A program made the position numbers and the translations under genes. This document shows positions 22,501 through 34,076 of a stretch of DNA of 64,000 nucleotides, piece after piece. Where the stretch lies: assembly GCA_964016885.1 (NCBI GenBank), contig OZ024743.1, forward strand, positions 137,888,001 to 137,952,000, given 5' to 3'. The DNA is from Eledone cirrhosa. Taxonomy: Eukaryota. How positions within the stretch are numbered: the first letter of the stretch is position 1; each line of letters opens with the position of its first letter. The notes under the pieces were generated by a model. That model saw only the letters and a program-made list of their open reading frames with translations, had not been told where the DNA came from and searched no databases.

Positions 22501-25500
22501 TTTGGTGTTTGGTGCTTGGTGTTTGGTGCTTGGTGTTTGGTGCTGAGTGCTTGGTGTTTGGTGTTTGACGCTTGGTGTTTGATGCTTGTTGCTTGTTGCT
22601 TGGTGTTTTGTGTTTGGTGTTTGGTGCTTGGTGTATGTACTTGGTGCTTGGTTCTTGGTGTTTGGTGCTTGGTTCTTGGTGTTTGGTGATTGGTGCTTGG
22701 TGCTTGGTGTTTGGTGCTTGGTGCTTGGTGTTTGGTACTTGGTGCTTGGTGTTTGGTTTTTGATGCTTGGTGTTTGATGCTTGGTGCTTGGTGCTTGGTG
22801 TTAAGTGTTTGGGGCTTGGCGCTTGGTGCATGGTGCTTGGTGTTTGGTGCTTGGTGCCTGGTGCTTGGTGTTTGGTGCTTGGTGCTTGGTGCTTGGTGTT
22901 TGGTGCTTGGTATTTGGTGCTTGGTGCTTGGTGTTTGGTGCTTGGTGTTTGGTGCTTGGTGTTCGGTGCTTGGTGCTTGGTGTTTGGTGCTTGGTGTTAG
23001 GTGATTGGTGCTTGGTGCTTGGTGTTTGATGTTTGATCCTTGGTGCTTGGTGTTTGGTGCTTGGTGCTTGGTGTTTGGTGTTTGGTGCTTGCTGCTTGCT
23101 GCTTGGTGTTTGGTGCTTGGTGATTAGTGCTTGGTGTTGGGTACTTGGTGCTTGTTGTTTGGTGTTTGGTGCTAGGTGCTTGGTGCTTGGTGCTTGGGGT
23201 TTGGTGCTTGGTGCTTGGTGTTTGGTGTTTGGTGCTTGGTGCTTTGGGCTTGGTGTTTGGTGCTTTGTGCTTGGTGCTTGTTGTTTGGTGCTTGGTGCTT
23301 GGTGCTTCGTGTTTGGTGTTTGGTGTTTGGTGCTTGGTGTTTGGTGCTTGGTGGTTGGTGCTGGGTGGTTGGTGTTTGGTGCTTGGTGCTTGGTGTTTGG
23401 TGCTTGGTGCTTGGTGCTTGTTGTTTGGTGCTTGGTGCTTGGTGCTTGGTCTTTGATGCTTGGAGTTTGGTGGTTGGTGCTTGGTGCTTGGTGTTTGGTG
23501 TTTGGTGTTTGCTGTTTGGTGTTTGCTGTTTGGTGTCTGCTTTTTGGTGTTTGGTGTTTGCTGTATGGTGTTTGCTGTTTCGTATTTGGTTTTTGCTGTT
23601 TGGTGTTTGGTGTTTGCTGTTTGGTGTTTGGTGTTTGGTGTTTGGTGCTTTGTGCTTGGTGCTTGGTGTTTGGTGTTTGGTGCTTGGTGCTTGGTGTTTG
23701 GTGCTTGGTGCTTGGTGTTTGGTGTTTGGTGCTTGGTGCCTGGTGCTTTTTGTATGCTGTTTGGTGCCTGGTGCTTGGTGTTTGGTGTTTGGTGTTTGGT
23801 GCTTGGTGTCTGGTGTTTGGTGTTTGGTGTTTGGTGCTTGGTGCTAGGTGTTTGGGTTTTGGTGCTTGGTGCTTGGTGTTTGGTGTTTGGTGCTTGGTGT
23901 TTGGTGCTTGGTGTTTGGTGCTGAGTGCTTGGTGTTTTGTGCTTGGTGCGTGGTGCTTGGTGTTTGGTGTTTGGTGCTTGGTGCTTGGTGTTTGGTGTTT
24001 GATGCTTGGTGTTTGATGCTTGTTGCTTGGTGCTTGGTGTTTTGTGTTTGGTGTTTGGTGCTTGGTGTATGTACTTGGTGCTTTGTTCTTGGTGTTTGGT
24101 GCTTGGTTCTTGGTGTTTGGTGATTGGTGCTTGGGGCTTGGTGTTTGGTGCTTGGTGCTTGGTGTTTGGTACTTGGTGCTTGGTGTTTGGTTTTTGATGC
24201 TTGGTGTTTGATGCTTGGTGCTTGGTGCTTGGTGTTAAGTGTTTGGGGCTTGGTGCTTGTTGCATGGTGCTTGGTGTTTGGTGCTTGGTGCCTGGTGCTT
24301 GGTGTTTGGTGCTTGGTGCTTGGTGCTTGGTGTTTGGTGCTTGGTATTTGGTGCTTGGTGCTTGGTGTTTGGTGCTTGGTGTTTGGTGCTTGGTGTTGGG
24401 TGCTTGGTGCTTGGTGTTTGGTGCTTGGTGTTAGGTGATTGGTGCTTGGTGCTTGGTGTTTTATGTTTGATCCTTGGTGCTTGGTGTTTGGTGCTTGGTG
24501 CTTGGTGTTTGGTGTTTGGTGCTTGGTGCCTGGTGCTTGTTGTATGCTGTTTGGTGCTTGGTGCTTGGTGTTTGGTGTTTGCTGCTTGTTGTCTGGTGTT
24601 TGGTGCTTTGTGTTTGGTGTTTGGTGCTTGGTGCTTGGTGCTTGGTATTTGGTGTTTGGTGCTTGGTGCTTGGTGTTTGTTGTTTGGTGCTGGGTGCTTG
24701 GAGTTTGGTTCTTGGTGCTTGGTGCTTAGTGCTTGGTGTTTGGTGTTTGGTGCTTGGTGTTGGGTGTTTGGTGTTTGATGCTTGGTGTGTGCTGCTTGGT
24801 GCTTGGTGCTTGGTGTTTTTTGTTTGGTGCTTGGTGCTTGGTGCCTGGTGCTTGGTGCTTGGTGCTTGTTGTTTGGTGCTTGGTGCTTGGTGATTAGTGT
24901 TTGGTGCTTGGTGCTTGGGGTTTGCTGTTTGGTCCTTGGTGCTTGGTGTTTGGTGTTTGGTGTTTGGTGCTTGGTGTCTGGTGTTTGGTGTTTGGTGTTT
25001 GGTGCTTGGTGCTTGGTGTTTGGGTTTTGGTGCTTGGTGCTTGGTGTTTGGTGTTTGGTGCTTGGTGTTTGGTGCTTGGTGTTTGGTGCTGAGTGCTTGG
25101 TGTTTTGTGCTTGGTGCGTGGTGCTTGGTGTTTGGTGTTTGGCGCTTGGTGCTTGGTGTTTGGTGTTTGATGCTTGGTGTTTGATGCTTGTTGCTTGGTG
25201 CTTGGTGTTTTGTGTTTGGTGTTTCGTGCTTGGTGTATGTACTTGTTGCTTGGTTCTTGGTGTTTGGTGCTTGGTTCTTGGTGTTTGGTGCTTGGTGCCT
25301 GGTGCTTGTTGTATGCTGTTTGGTGCTTGGTGCTTGGTGTTTGGTGTTTGTTGCTTGGTGTCTGGTGTTTGGTGCTTGGTGTTTGGTGTTTGGTGCTTGG
25401 TGCTTGGTGCTTGGTATTTGGTGTTTGGTGCTTGGTGCTTGGTGATTGTTGTTTGGTGCTGGGTGCTTGGAGTTTGGTGCTTGGTGCTTGGTGCTTAGTG

Positions 25501-28500
25501 CTGGGTGTTTGGTGTTTGGTGCTTGGTGTTGGGTGTTTGGTGTTTGATGCTTGGTGTGTGCTGCTTGGTGCTTGGTGCTTGGTGTTTTGTGTTTGGTGCT
25601 TGGTGCTTGGTGCCTGGTGCTTGGTGCTTGGTGCTTGTTGTTTGGTGCTTGGTGCTTGGTGATTAGTGTTTGGTGCTTGGTGCTTGGGGTTTGCTGTTTG
25701 GTGCTTGGTGCTTGGTGTTTGGTGCTTGGTGCTTGGTGTTTGGTGTTTGGTGCTTGGTGCTTGGTGTTTGGGTTTTGGTGCTTGGTGCTTGGTGTTTGGT
25801 GTTTGGTGCTTGGTGTTTGGTGCTTGGTGTTTGGTGCTGAGTGCTTGGTGTTTGGTGTTTGACGCTTGGTGTTTGATGCTTGTTGCTTGGTGCTTGGTGT
25901 TTTGTGTTTGGTGTTTGGTGCTTGGTGTATGTACTTGGTGCTTGGTTCTTGGTGTTTGGTGCTTGGTTCTTGGTGTTTGGTGATTGGTGCTTGGTGCTTG
26001 GTGTTTGGTGCTTGGTGCTTGGTGTTTGGTACTTGGTGCTTGGTGTTTGGTTTTTGATGCTTGGTGTTTGATGCTTGGTGCTTGGTGTTTGGTTTTTGAT
26101 GCTTGGTGTTTGATGCTTGGTGCTTGGTGCTTGGTGTTAAGTGTTTGGGGCTTGGTGCTTGGTGCATGGTGCTTGGTGTTTGGTGCTTGGTGCCTGGTGC
26201 TTGGTGTTTGGTGCTTGGTGCTTGGTGCTTGGTGTTTGGTGCTTGGTATTTGGTGCTTGGTGCTTGGTGTTTGGTGCTTGGTGTTTGGTGCTTGGTGTTC
26301 GGTGCTTGGTGCTTGGTGTTTGGTGCTTGGTGTTAGGTGATTGGTGCTTGGTGCTTGGTGTTTGATGTTTGATCCTTGGTGCTTGGTGTTTGGTGCTTGG
26401 TGCTTGGTGTTTGGTGTTTGGTGCTTGCTGCTTGCTGCTTGGTGTTTGGTGCTTGGTGATTGGTGCTTGGTGTTGGGTACTTGGTGCTTGTTGTTTGGTG
26501 TTTGGTGCTAGGTGCTTGGTGCTTGGTGCTTGGGGTTTGGTGCTTGGTGCTTGGTGTTTGGTGTTTGGTGCTTGGTGCTTGGGGCTTGGTGTTTGGTGCT
26601 TTGTGCTTGGTGCTTGTTGTTTGTTGCTTGGTGCTTGGTGCTTCGTGTTTGGTGTTTGGTGTTTGGTGCTTGGTGTTTGGTGCTTGGTGGTTGGTGCTGG
26701 GTGGTTGGTGTTTGGTGCTTGGTGCTTGGTGTTTGGTGCTTGGTGCTTGGTGCTTGTTGTTTGGTGCTTGGTGCTTGGTGCTTGGTCTTTGGTGCTTGGA
26801 GTTTGGTGGTTGGTGCTTGGTGCTTGGTGTTTGGTGTTTGGTGTTTGCTGTTTGGTGTTTGCTGTTTGGTGTTTGCTGTTTGGTGTCTGCTTTTTGGTGT
26901 TTGGTGTTTGCTGTATGGTGTTTGCTGTTTCGTATTTGGTTTTTGCTGTTTGGTGTTTGGTGTTTGCTGTTTGGTGTTTGGTGTTTGGTGTTTGGTTCTT
27001 TGTGCTTGGTGCTTGGTGTTTGGTGTTTGGTGCTTGGTGCTTGGTGTTTGGTGCTTGGTGCTTGGTGTTTGGTGTTTGGTGCTTGGTGCCTGGTGCTTGT
27101 TGTATGCTGTTTGGTGCCTGGTGCTTGGTGTTTGGTGTTTGGTGTTTGGTGCTTGGTGTCTGGTGTTTGGTGTTTGGTGTTTGGTGCTTGGTGCTTGGTG
27201 TTTGGGTTTTGGTGCTTGGTGCTTGGTGTTTGGTGTTTGGTGCTTGGTGTTTGGTGCTTGGTGTTTGGTGCTGAGTGCTTGGTGTTTTGTGCTTGGTGCG
27301 TGGTGCTTGGTGTTTGGTGTTTGGTGCTTGGTGCTTGGTGTTTGGTGTTTGATGCTTGGTGTTTGATGCTTGTTGCTTGGTGCTTGGTGTTTTGTGTTTG
27401 GTGTTTGGTGCTTGGTGTATGTACTTGGTGCTTGGTTCTTGGTGTTTGGTGCTTGGTTCTTGGTGTTTGGTGATTGGTGCTTGGGGCTTGGTGTTTGGTG
27501 TTTGGTGCTTGGTGTTTGGTACTTGGTGCTTGGTGTTTGGTTTTTGATGCTTGGTGTTTGATGCTTGGTGCTTGGTGCTTGGTGTTAAGTGTTTGGGGCT
27601 TGGTGCTTGTTGCATGGTGCTTGGTGTTTGGTGCTTGGTGCTTGGTGCTTGGTGTTTGGTGCTTGGTATTTGGTGCTTGGTGCTTGGTGTTTGGTGCTTG
27701 GTGTTTGGTGCTTGGTGTTCGGTGCTTGGTGCTTGGTGTTTGGTGCTTGGTGTTAGGTGATTGGTGCTTGGTGCTTGGTGTTTTATGTTTGATCCTTGGT
27801 GCTTGGTGTTTGGTGCTTGGTGCTTGGTGTTTGGTGTTTGGTGCTTGGTGCCTGGTGCTTGTTGTATGCTGTTTGGTGCTTGGTGCTTGGTGTTTGGTGT
27901 TTGCTGCTTGTTGTCTGGTGTTTGGTGCTTGGTGTTTGGTGTTTGGTGCTTGGTGCTTGGTGCTTGGTATTTGGTGTTTGGTGCTTGGTGCTTGGTGTTT
28001 GTTGTTTGGTGCTGGGTGCTTGGAGTTTGGTTCTTGGTGCTTGGTGCTTAGTGCTTGGTGTTTGGTGTTTGGTGCTTGGTGTTGGGTGTTTGGTGTTTGA
28101 TGCTTGGTGTGTGCTGCTTGGTGCTTGGTGCTTGGTGTTTTTTGTTTGGTGCTTGGTGCTTGCTGCCTGGTGCTTGGTGCTTGGTGCTTGTTGTTTGGTG
28201 CTTGGTGCTTGGTGATTAGTGTTTGGTGCTTGGTGCTTGGGGTTTGCTGTTTGGTGCTTGGTGCTTGGTGTTTGGTGTTTGGTGTTTGGTGCTTGGTGTC
28301 TGGTGTTTGGTGTTTGGTGTTTGGTGCTTGGTGCTTGGTGTTTGGGTTTTGGTGCTTGGTGCTTGGTGTTTGGTGTTTGGTGCTTGGTGTTTGGTGCTTG
28401 GTGTTTGGTGCTGAGTGCTTGGTGTTTTGTGCTTGGTGCGTGGTGCTTGGTGTTTGGTGTTTGGCGCTTGGTGCTTGGTGTTTGGTGTTTGATGCTTGGT

Positions 28501-30500
28501 GTTTGATGCTTGTTGCTTGGTGCTTGGTGTTTTGTGTTTGGTGTTTCGTGCTTGGTGTATGTACTTGTTGCTTGGTTCTTGGTGTTTGGTGCTTGGTTCT
28601 TGGTGTTTGGTGATTGGTGCTTGGTGCTTGGTGTTTGGTGCTTGGTGCTTGGTGTTTGGTACTTGGTGCTTGGTGTTTGGTTTTTGATTTGATGCTTGGT
28701 GTTTGATGCTTGGTGCTTGGTGCTTGGTGTTTAAGTGTTTGGGGCTTGGTGCTTGGTGCCTGGTGCTTGGTGTTTGGTGCTTGGTGCTTGGTGCTTGGTG
28801 TTTGGTGCTTGGTATTTGGTGCTTGGTGCTTGGTGTTTGGTGCTTGGTGTTTGGTGCTTGGTGTTCGGTGCTTGGTGCTTGGTGTTTGGTGCTTGGTGTT
28901 AGGTGATTGGTGCTTGGTGCTTGGTGTTTGATGTTTGATCCTTGGTGCTTGGTGTTTGGTGCTTGGTGCTTGGTGTTTGGTGTTTGGTGCTTGTTGCTTG
29001 CTGCTTGGTGTTTGGTGCTTGGTGATTGGTGCTTGGTGCTTGGTGCTTGGTGTTTGGTGCTTGGTGCTTGGTGCTTCGTGTTTGGTGTTTGGTGTTTGGT
29101 GCTTGGTGTTTGGTGCTTGGTGCTTGGTGCTGGGTGGTTGGTGTTTGGTGCTTGGTGCTTGGTGTTTGGTGCTTGGTGGTTGGTGCTTGGGGTTTGGTGC
29201 TTGGTGCTTGGTGCTTGGTGCTTGGTCTTTGGTGCTTGGTGTTTGGTGTTTGGTGCTTGGTGCTTGGTGTTTGATGCTTGGTGCTTGGTGATTGGTGTTT
29301 GGTGCTTGGTGCTTGGTGCTTGGTGATTAGTGTTTGGTGCTTGGTGCTTGGTGCCTGGTGCTTGGTGCTTGGTGCTTGTTGTTTGATGCTTGGTGCTTGG
29401 TGATTAGTGTTTGGTGCTTGGTGCTTGGGGTTTGGTGTTTGGTGCTTGGGGTTTGGTGTTTGGTGCTTGGTGCTTGGTGTTTGGTGCTTGGTGCTTGGTG
29501 TTTGGTGCTTGGTGCTTTGTGTTTGATGCTTGGTGTTTGGTGCTTGGTGCTTGATGCTTGGTGCTTGGTGTTAGGTGTTTGGTGCTTGGTGCTTGGTGTT
29601 TGATGTTTGGTCCTTGGTGCTTGGTGTCTGGTGTTTGGTGCTTGGTGCTAGGTGTTTGGTGTTTTGTGTTAGGAGTTTGGTGCTTGATGTTTGGTGCTTC
29701 GGTCTTGGTGCTTGGTGTTTGGTGTTTGGTGTTTGGTGTATGGTGCTTGGTGCTTGGTGTTTGGTGCTTCGTGCTTGGTGCTTGGTGTTTGGTGCATGGT
29801 GCTTGGTGTTTGGGGCTTGGTGCCTGGTGCTTTGTGTTTGCTGCTAGGTGCTTGGTGCTTGGTGTTAGGCGTTTGGTGCTTGGTGCTTGGTGTTTGATGT
29901 TTGGTCCTTGGTGCTTTGTGTTTGGTATTTGGTGCTTGGTGCTTGGTGTTTGGTGTTTGGTGCTTGCTGCTTGCTGCTTGGTGTTTGGTGCTTGGTGATT
30001 GGTGCTTGGTGTTTTGTGCTTGGTGCTTGGTGTTTGGTGTTTGGTGCTAGGGGCTTGGTGCTTGGTGCTTGGTGTTTGGTGCTTGGTGCTTGGTGTTTGG
30101 TGTTAGGTGCTTGGTGCGTGGGACTTGGTGTTTGGTGCTTGGTGTTTGGTGCTTGGTGTTTGGTGCTTGGTGCTTGGTGCTTGGTGTTTGGTGTTTGGTG
30201 CTTGGTATTTGGTGATTGGTGCTTGGTGCTTGGTGTTTGGTGCTTGGTGCTTGGTGTTTGGTACTTGGTGCTTGGTGTTTGGTCTTTGGTGCTTGGTGTT
30301 TGGTGCTTGGTGCTTGGTGCTTGGTGCTTGGTGTTAAGTATTTGGGGCTTGGTGCTTGGTGCATGGTGCTTGGTGTTTGGTGCTTGGTGCCTGGTGCTTG
30401 GTGTTTGTTGCTTGGTGCTTGGTGCGTTGTGTTTGGTGCTTGGTGTTTGGTGCTTGGTGCTTGGTGTTTGGTGCTTGGTGTTTGGTGCTTGGTGTTCGGT
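16581..30500 (+). repeat. HOR domain built from 1.1-1.5 kb sub-monomers, with 5353-bp, ~3.3-kb and 8.6-8.8 kb periods
   Basis: Homologous ORF starts lie at 17219, 18562, 19730, 22572, 24006, 25174, 25866, 27356 and 28496. TTTGGCA occurs at 16581 and 21934 (offset 5353). Further pairs are 20724/29334 (8610) and 18995/27761 (8766). The units CTGAGTG, TTTGATC and TATGCTG appear private to this domain. Confidence 0.88.
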
Positions 30501-33500
30501 GCTTGGTGCTTGGTGCTTGGTGCTTGGTGTTAGGTGTTTGGTGCTTGGTGCTTGGTGTTTGATGTTTGGTCCTTGGTGCTTGGTGTTTGGTGCTTGGTGC
30601 TTGGTGTTTGGTGTTTGGTGCTTGGTGCTTGGTGCTTGGTTTTTGGTGCATGGTGCTTGGTGCTTGGTGTTTGGTGCTTGGTGCTTGGTGCTTGTTGTTT
30701 GGTGCTTGGTGCTTGGTCTTTGGTGCTTGGTGTTTGGTGTTTGGGGCTTGGTGCTTGGTGTTTGGTGCTTGGTGCCTGGTGCTTGGTGTTTGGTGCTTGG
30801 TGCTTGGTGTTTGGTGATTGGTGCTTGGTGCTTGGTGCTTAGTGCTTGGTGTTTGGTGTTTGGTGCTTGGTGTTTGGTGTTTGATGCTTGGTGCTTGGTG
30901 CTTGGTGCTTGGTGCTTGGTGTTCTGTGTTTGGTGCTTGGTGCTTGGTGCTTGTTGTTTGGTGCTTGGTGCTTGGTGATTAGTCTTTGGTGCTTGGTGCT
31001 TGGTATTTGGTGTTTGGTGTTTCGTGATTGGGGTCTAGTGTTTGGGTTTTGGTGTTTGGTGCTTGGTGCTTAGTGTTTGGTGTTTGGTGCTTGGTGCTTG
31101 GTGTTTGGTGTTTGGTGTTTGGTGCTTGGTGCTTGGTGCTTTGTGCTTAGTGTTTGGTGCTGGGTGTATGGTGTTTGGTGCTTGGTGCTTGGTGCTTGGT
31201 GTTTGTTGTTTGGTGCTTGGTACTTGGTGTTTGGTGTTTGATGCTTGGTGTTTGATGCTTGTTGCTTGGTGCTTGGTGTTTTGTGTTTGGTGTTTGGTGC
31301 TTGGTGTATGTACTTGGTGCTTGGTGTTTGGTGCTTGGTTCTTGGTGTTTGGTGCTTGGTGCTTGGTGCTTGGTGTTTGGTGCTTGGTGCTTGGTGTTTG
31401 GTGCTTGGTGTTTGGTGTTTGGTGCTTGGTGTTTGGTACTTGGTGCTTGGTGCTTGGTGTTAAGTGTTTGGTGCTTGGTGTTTGGTGCTTCGTGCTTGGT
31501 GCTTGGTGTTTGGTGCATGGTGCTTGTTGTTTGGGGCTTGGTGCCTGGTGCTTTGTGTTTGGTGCTAGGTGCTTGGTGCTTGGTCTTTGGTGTTTGGTGC
31601 TTGGTACTTGGTGCTTGGTGTTTGGTGCTTGGTGCTTGGTGCTTGGTTATTAGTGTTTGGTGTTTGGTGCTTGGCGCTTGGTGTTTGGTGCTTGGTGCTT
31701 GGTGCTTGGTGTTTGGTGTTTGGTGCTTGCTGCTTGGTGCTTGGTGTTTGGTGCTTGGTGCTTGGTGCTTGGTGTTTGGTGCTTGGTGCTTGCTGTTTGG
31801 TGTTTGGTCTTTGGTGCTTGGTGCTTGGTGTTTGGTGTTTGGTGTTTGGTGTTTGGTGTTTGGTGCTTGGTGCTTGGTGTTTGGTGCTTGGTGTTTGGTG
31901 CTTGGTGTATGTACTTGGTGCTTGGTGCTTGGTGTTTGGTGCTTGGTTCTTGGTGTTTGGTGCTTGGTGCTTGGTGCTTGGTGTTTGGTGCTTGGTGCTT
32001 GGTGTTTGGTACTTGGTGCTTGGTGTTTGGTGTTTGGTGTTTGGTGTTTGGTGCTTGGTGCTTGGTGCTTGGTGTTAAGTGTTTGGTGCTTGGTGCTTCG
32101 TGTTTGGTGCTTCGTGCTTGGTGCTTGGTGTTTGGTGCATGGTGCTTGATGTTTGGGGCTTGGTGCCTGGTGCTTGGTGTTTGGTGCTTGGTGCTTGGTG
32201 CTTGGTGTTTGGTGTTTGGTGCTTGGTGCTTGGTGTTTGGTGCTTGGTGTTTGGTGCTTGGTGTTCGGTGCTTGGTGCTTGGTGCTTGGTACTTGGTGTT
32301 AGGTTTTTGGTGCTTGGGGCTTGGTGTTTGGTGTTTGGTGCTTGGTGCTTGGTGTTTGGTGTTTGGTGCTTGGTGTTTGGTGTTTGGTGCTTTGTGCTTG
32401 GTGTTTGGTGCTGGGTGTATGGTGTTTGGTGCTTGGTGCTTGGTGCTTGGTGTTTGGTGTTTGGTGCTTGGTACTTGGTGTTTGGTGTTTGATGCTTGGT
32501 GTTTGGTGCTTGGTGCTTGGTGTTTGGTGCTTGGTGTTTGGTGTTTGGTGCTTGGTGTTTGGTACTTGGTGCTTGGTGCTTGGTGCCTGGTGCTTGGTGT
32601 TTGGTGCTTGGTGCTTGGTGCTTGGTGTTTGGTGCTTGGTGCTTGGTGCTTGGTGTTTGGTGCATGGTGCTTGGTGTTTGGGGCTTGGTGCCTGGTGCTT
32701 TGTGTTTGGTGCTAGGTGCTTGGTGCTTGGTCTTTGGTGTTTGGTGCTTGGTGCTTGGTGCTTGGTGTTTGGTGCTTGGTGCTTGGTGCTTGGTTATTAG
32801 TGTTTGGTGCTTGGTGCTTGGGGTTTGGTGTTTGGTGCTTGGTGCTTGGTGTTTGGTGTTTGCTGTATGGTGTTTGCTGTTTCGTGTTTGGTGTTTGCTG
32901 TTTGGTGTTTAATGCTTGGTGCTTGGTGCTTGGTGTTTGGTGCTTGGTGCTTGGTGCTTGGTGTTTGGCGTTTGCTCTTTGCTGTTTGGTGTTTGGTGCT
33001 TGTTGTTTGGTGTTTGGTGTTTGGTGTTTGGTGTTTGGTGCTTGCTGTTTGGTGCTTGGTGCTTGGTGTTTGGTGTTTGGTGTTTGGTGCTTGGTGCTTG
33101 GTGGTTGGTGCTTGGTGCTGGGTGTTTGGTGCTAGGTGCTTGGTGTTTGGTGCTTGGTGCTTGGTGCTTGGTGCTTGGTCTTTGGTGCTTGGTGTTTGGT
33201 GTTTGGTGCTTGGTGCTTGGTGTTTGGTGCTTGGGGCTTGGTGTTTGGTGCTTGGTGATTGCTGCTTGGTGTTTGGTGTTTGGTGCTTGGTGCTTGGTGC
33301 ATGGTGATTAGTGTTTGGTGCTTGGTGCTTGGTGCCTTGTGCTTGGTGCTTGGTGCTTGTTGTTTGGTGCTTGGTGCTTGGTGATTAGTGTTTGGTGCTT
33401 GGTGCTTGGTGCCTGGTGCTTGGTGCTTGTTGTTTGGTGCTTGGTGCTTGGTGATTAGTGTTTGGTGCTTGGTGCTTGGGGCTTGGTGTTTGGTGCTTGG

Positions 33501-34076
33501 TGCTTGCTGTTTGGTGGTTGCTGTTTAGTGCTTGGTGTTTGGTGCTTGGTGCTTGGTGCTGGGTGCTTGGTGTTTGGTGCTTGGTGCTTGGTGTTTGGTG
33601 CTTGGTGCTTGGTGCTTGTTGTTTGGTGCTTGGTGCTTGGTCTTTGGTGCTTGGTGTTTGGTGTTTGGTGCTTGGTGCTTGGTGCTTGGTTTTTGGTGCT
33701 TGGTGCTTGGTGCTTGGTGTTTGGTGCTTGGTGCTTGGTGCTTGTTGTTTGGTGCTTGGTGCTTGGTCTTTGGTGCTTGGTGTTTGGTGTTTGGTGCTTG
33801 GTGCTTCGTGTTTGGTGCTTAGTGCCTGGTGCTTGGTGTTTGGTGCTTGGTGCTTGGTGTTTGCTGATTGGTGCTTGGTGCTTGGTGCTTGGTGCTTAGT
33901 GCTTGGTGTTTGGTGTTTGGTGCTTGGTGTTAGGTGTTTGGTGTTTGATGCTTGGTTTTTGCTGCTTGGTGCTTGGTGCTTGGTGCTTGGTGTTCTGTGT
34001 TTGGTGCTTGGTGCTTGGTGCCTGGTGCTTGGTGCTTGGTGCTTGTTGTTTGGTGCTTGGTGCTTGGTGATTAGTC

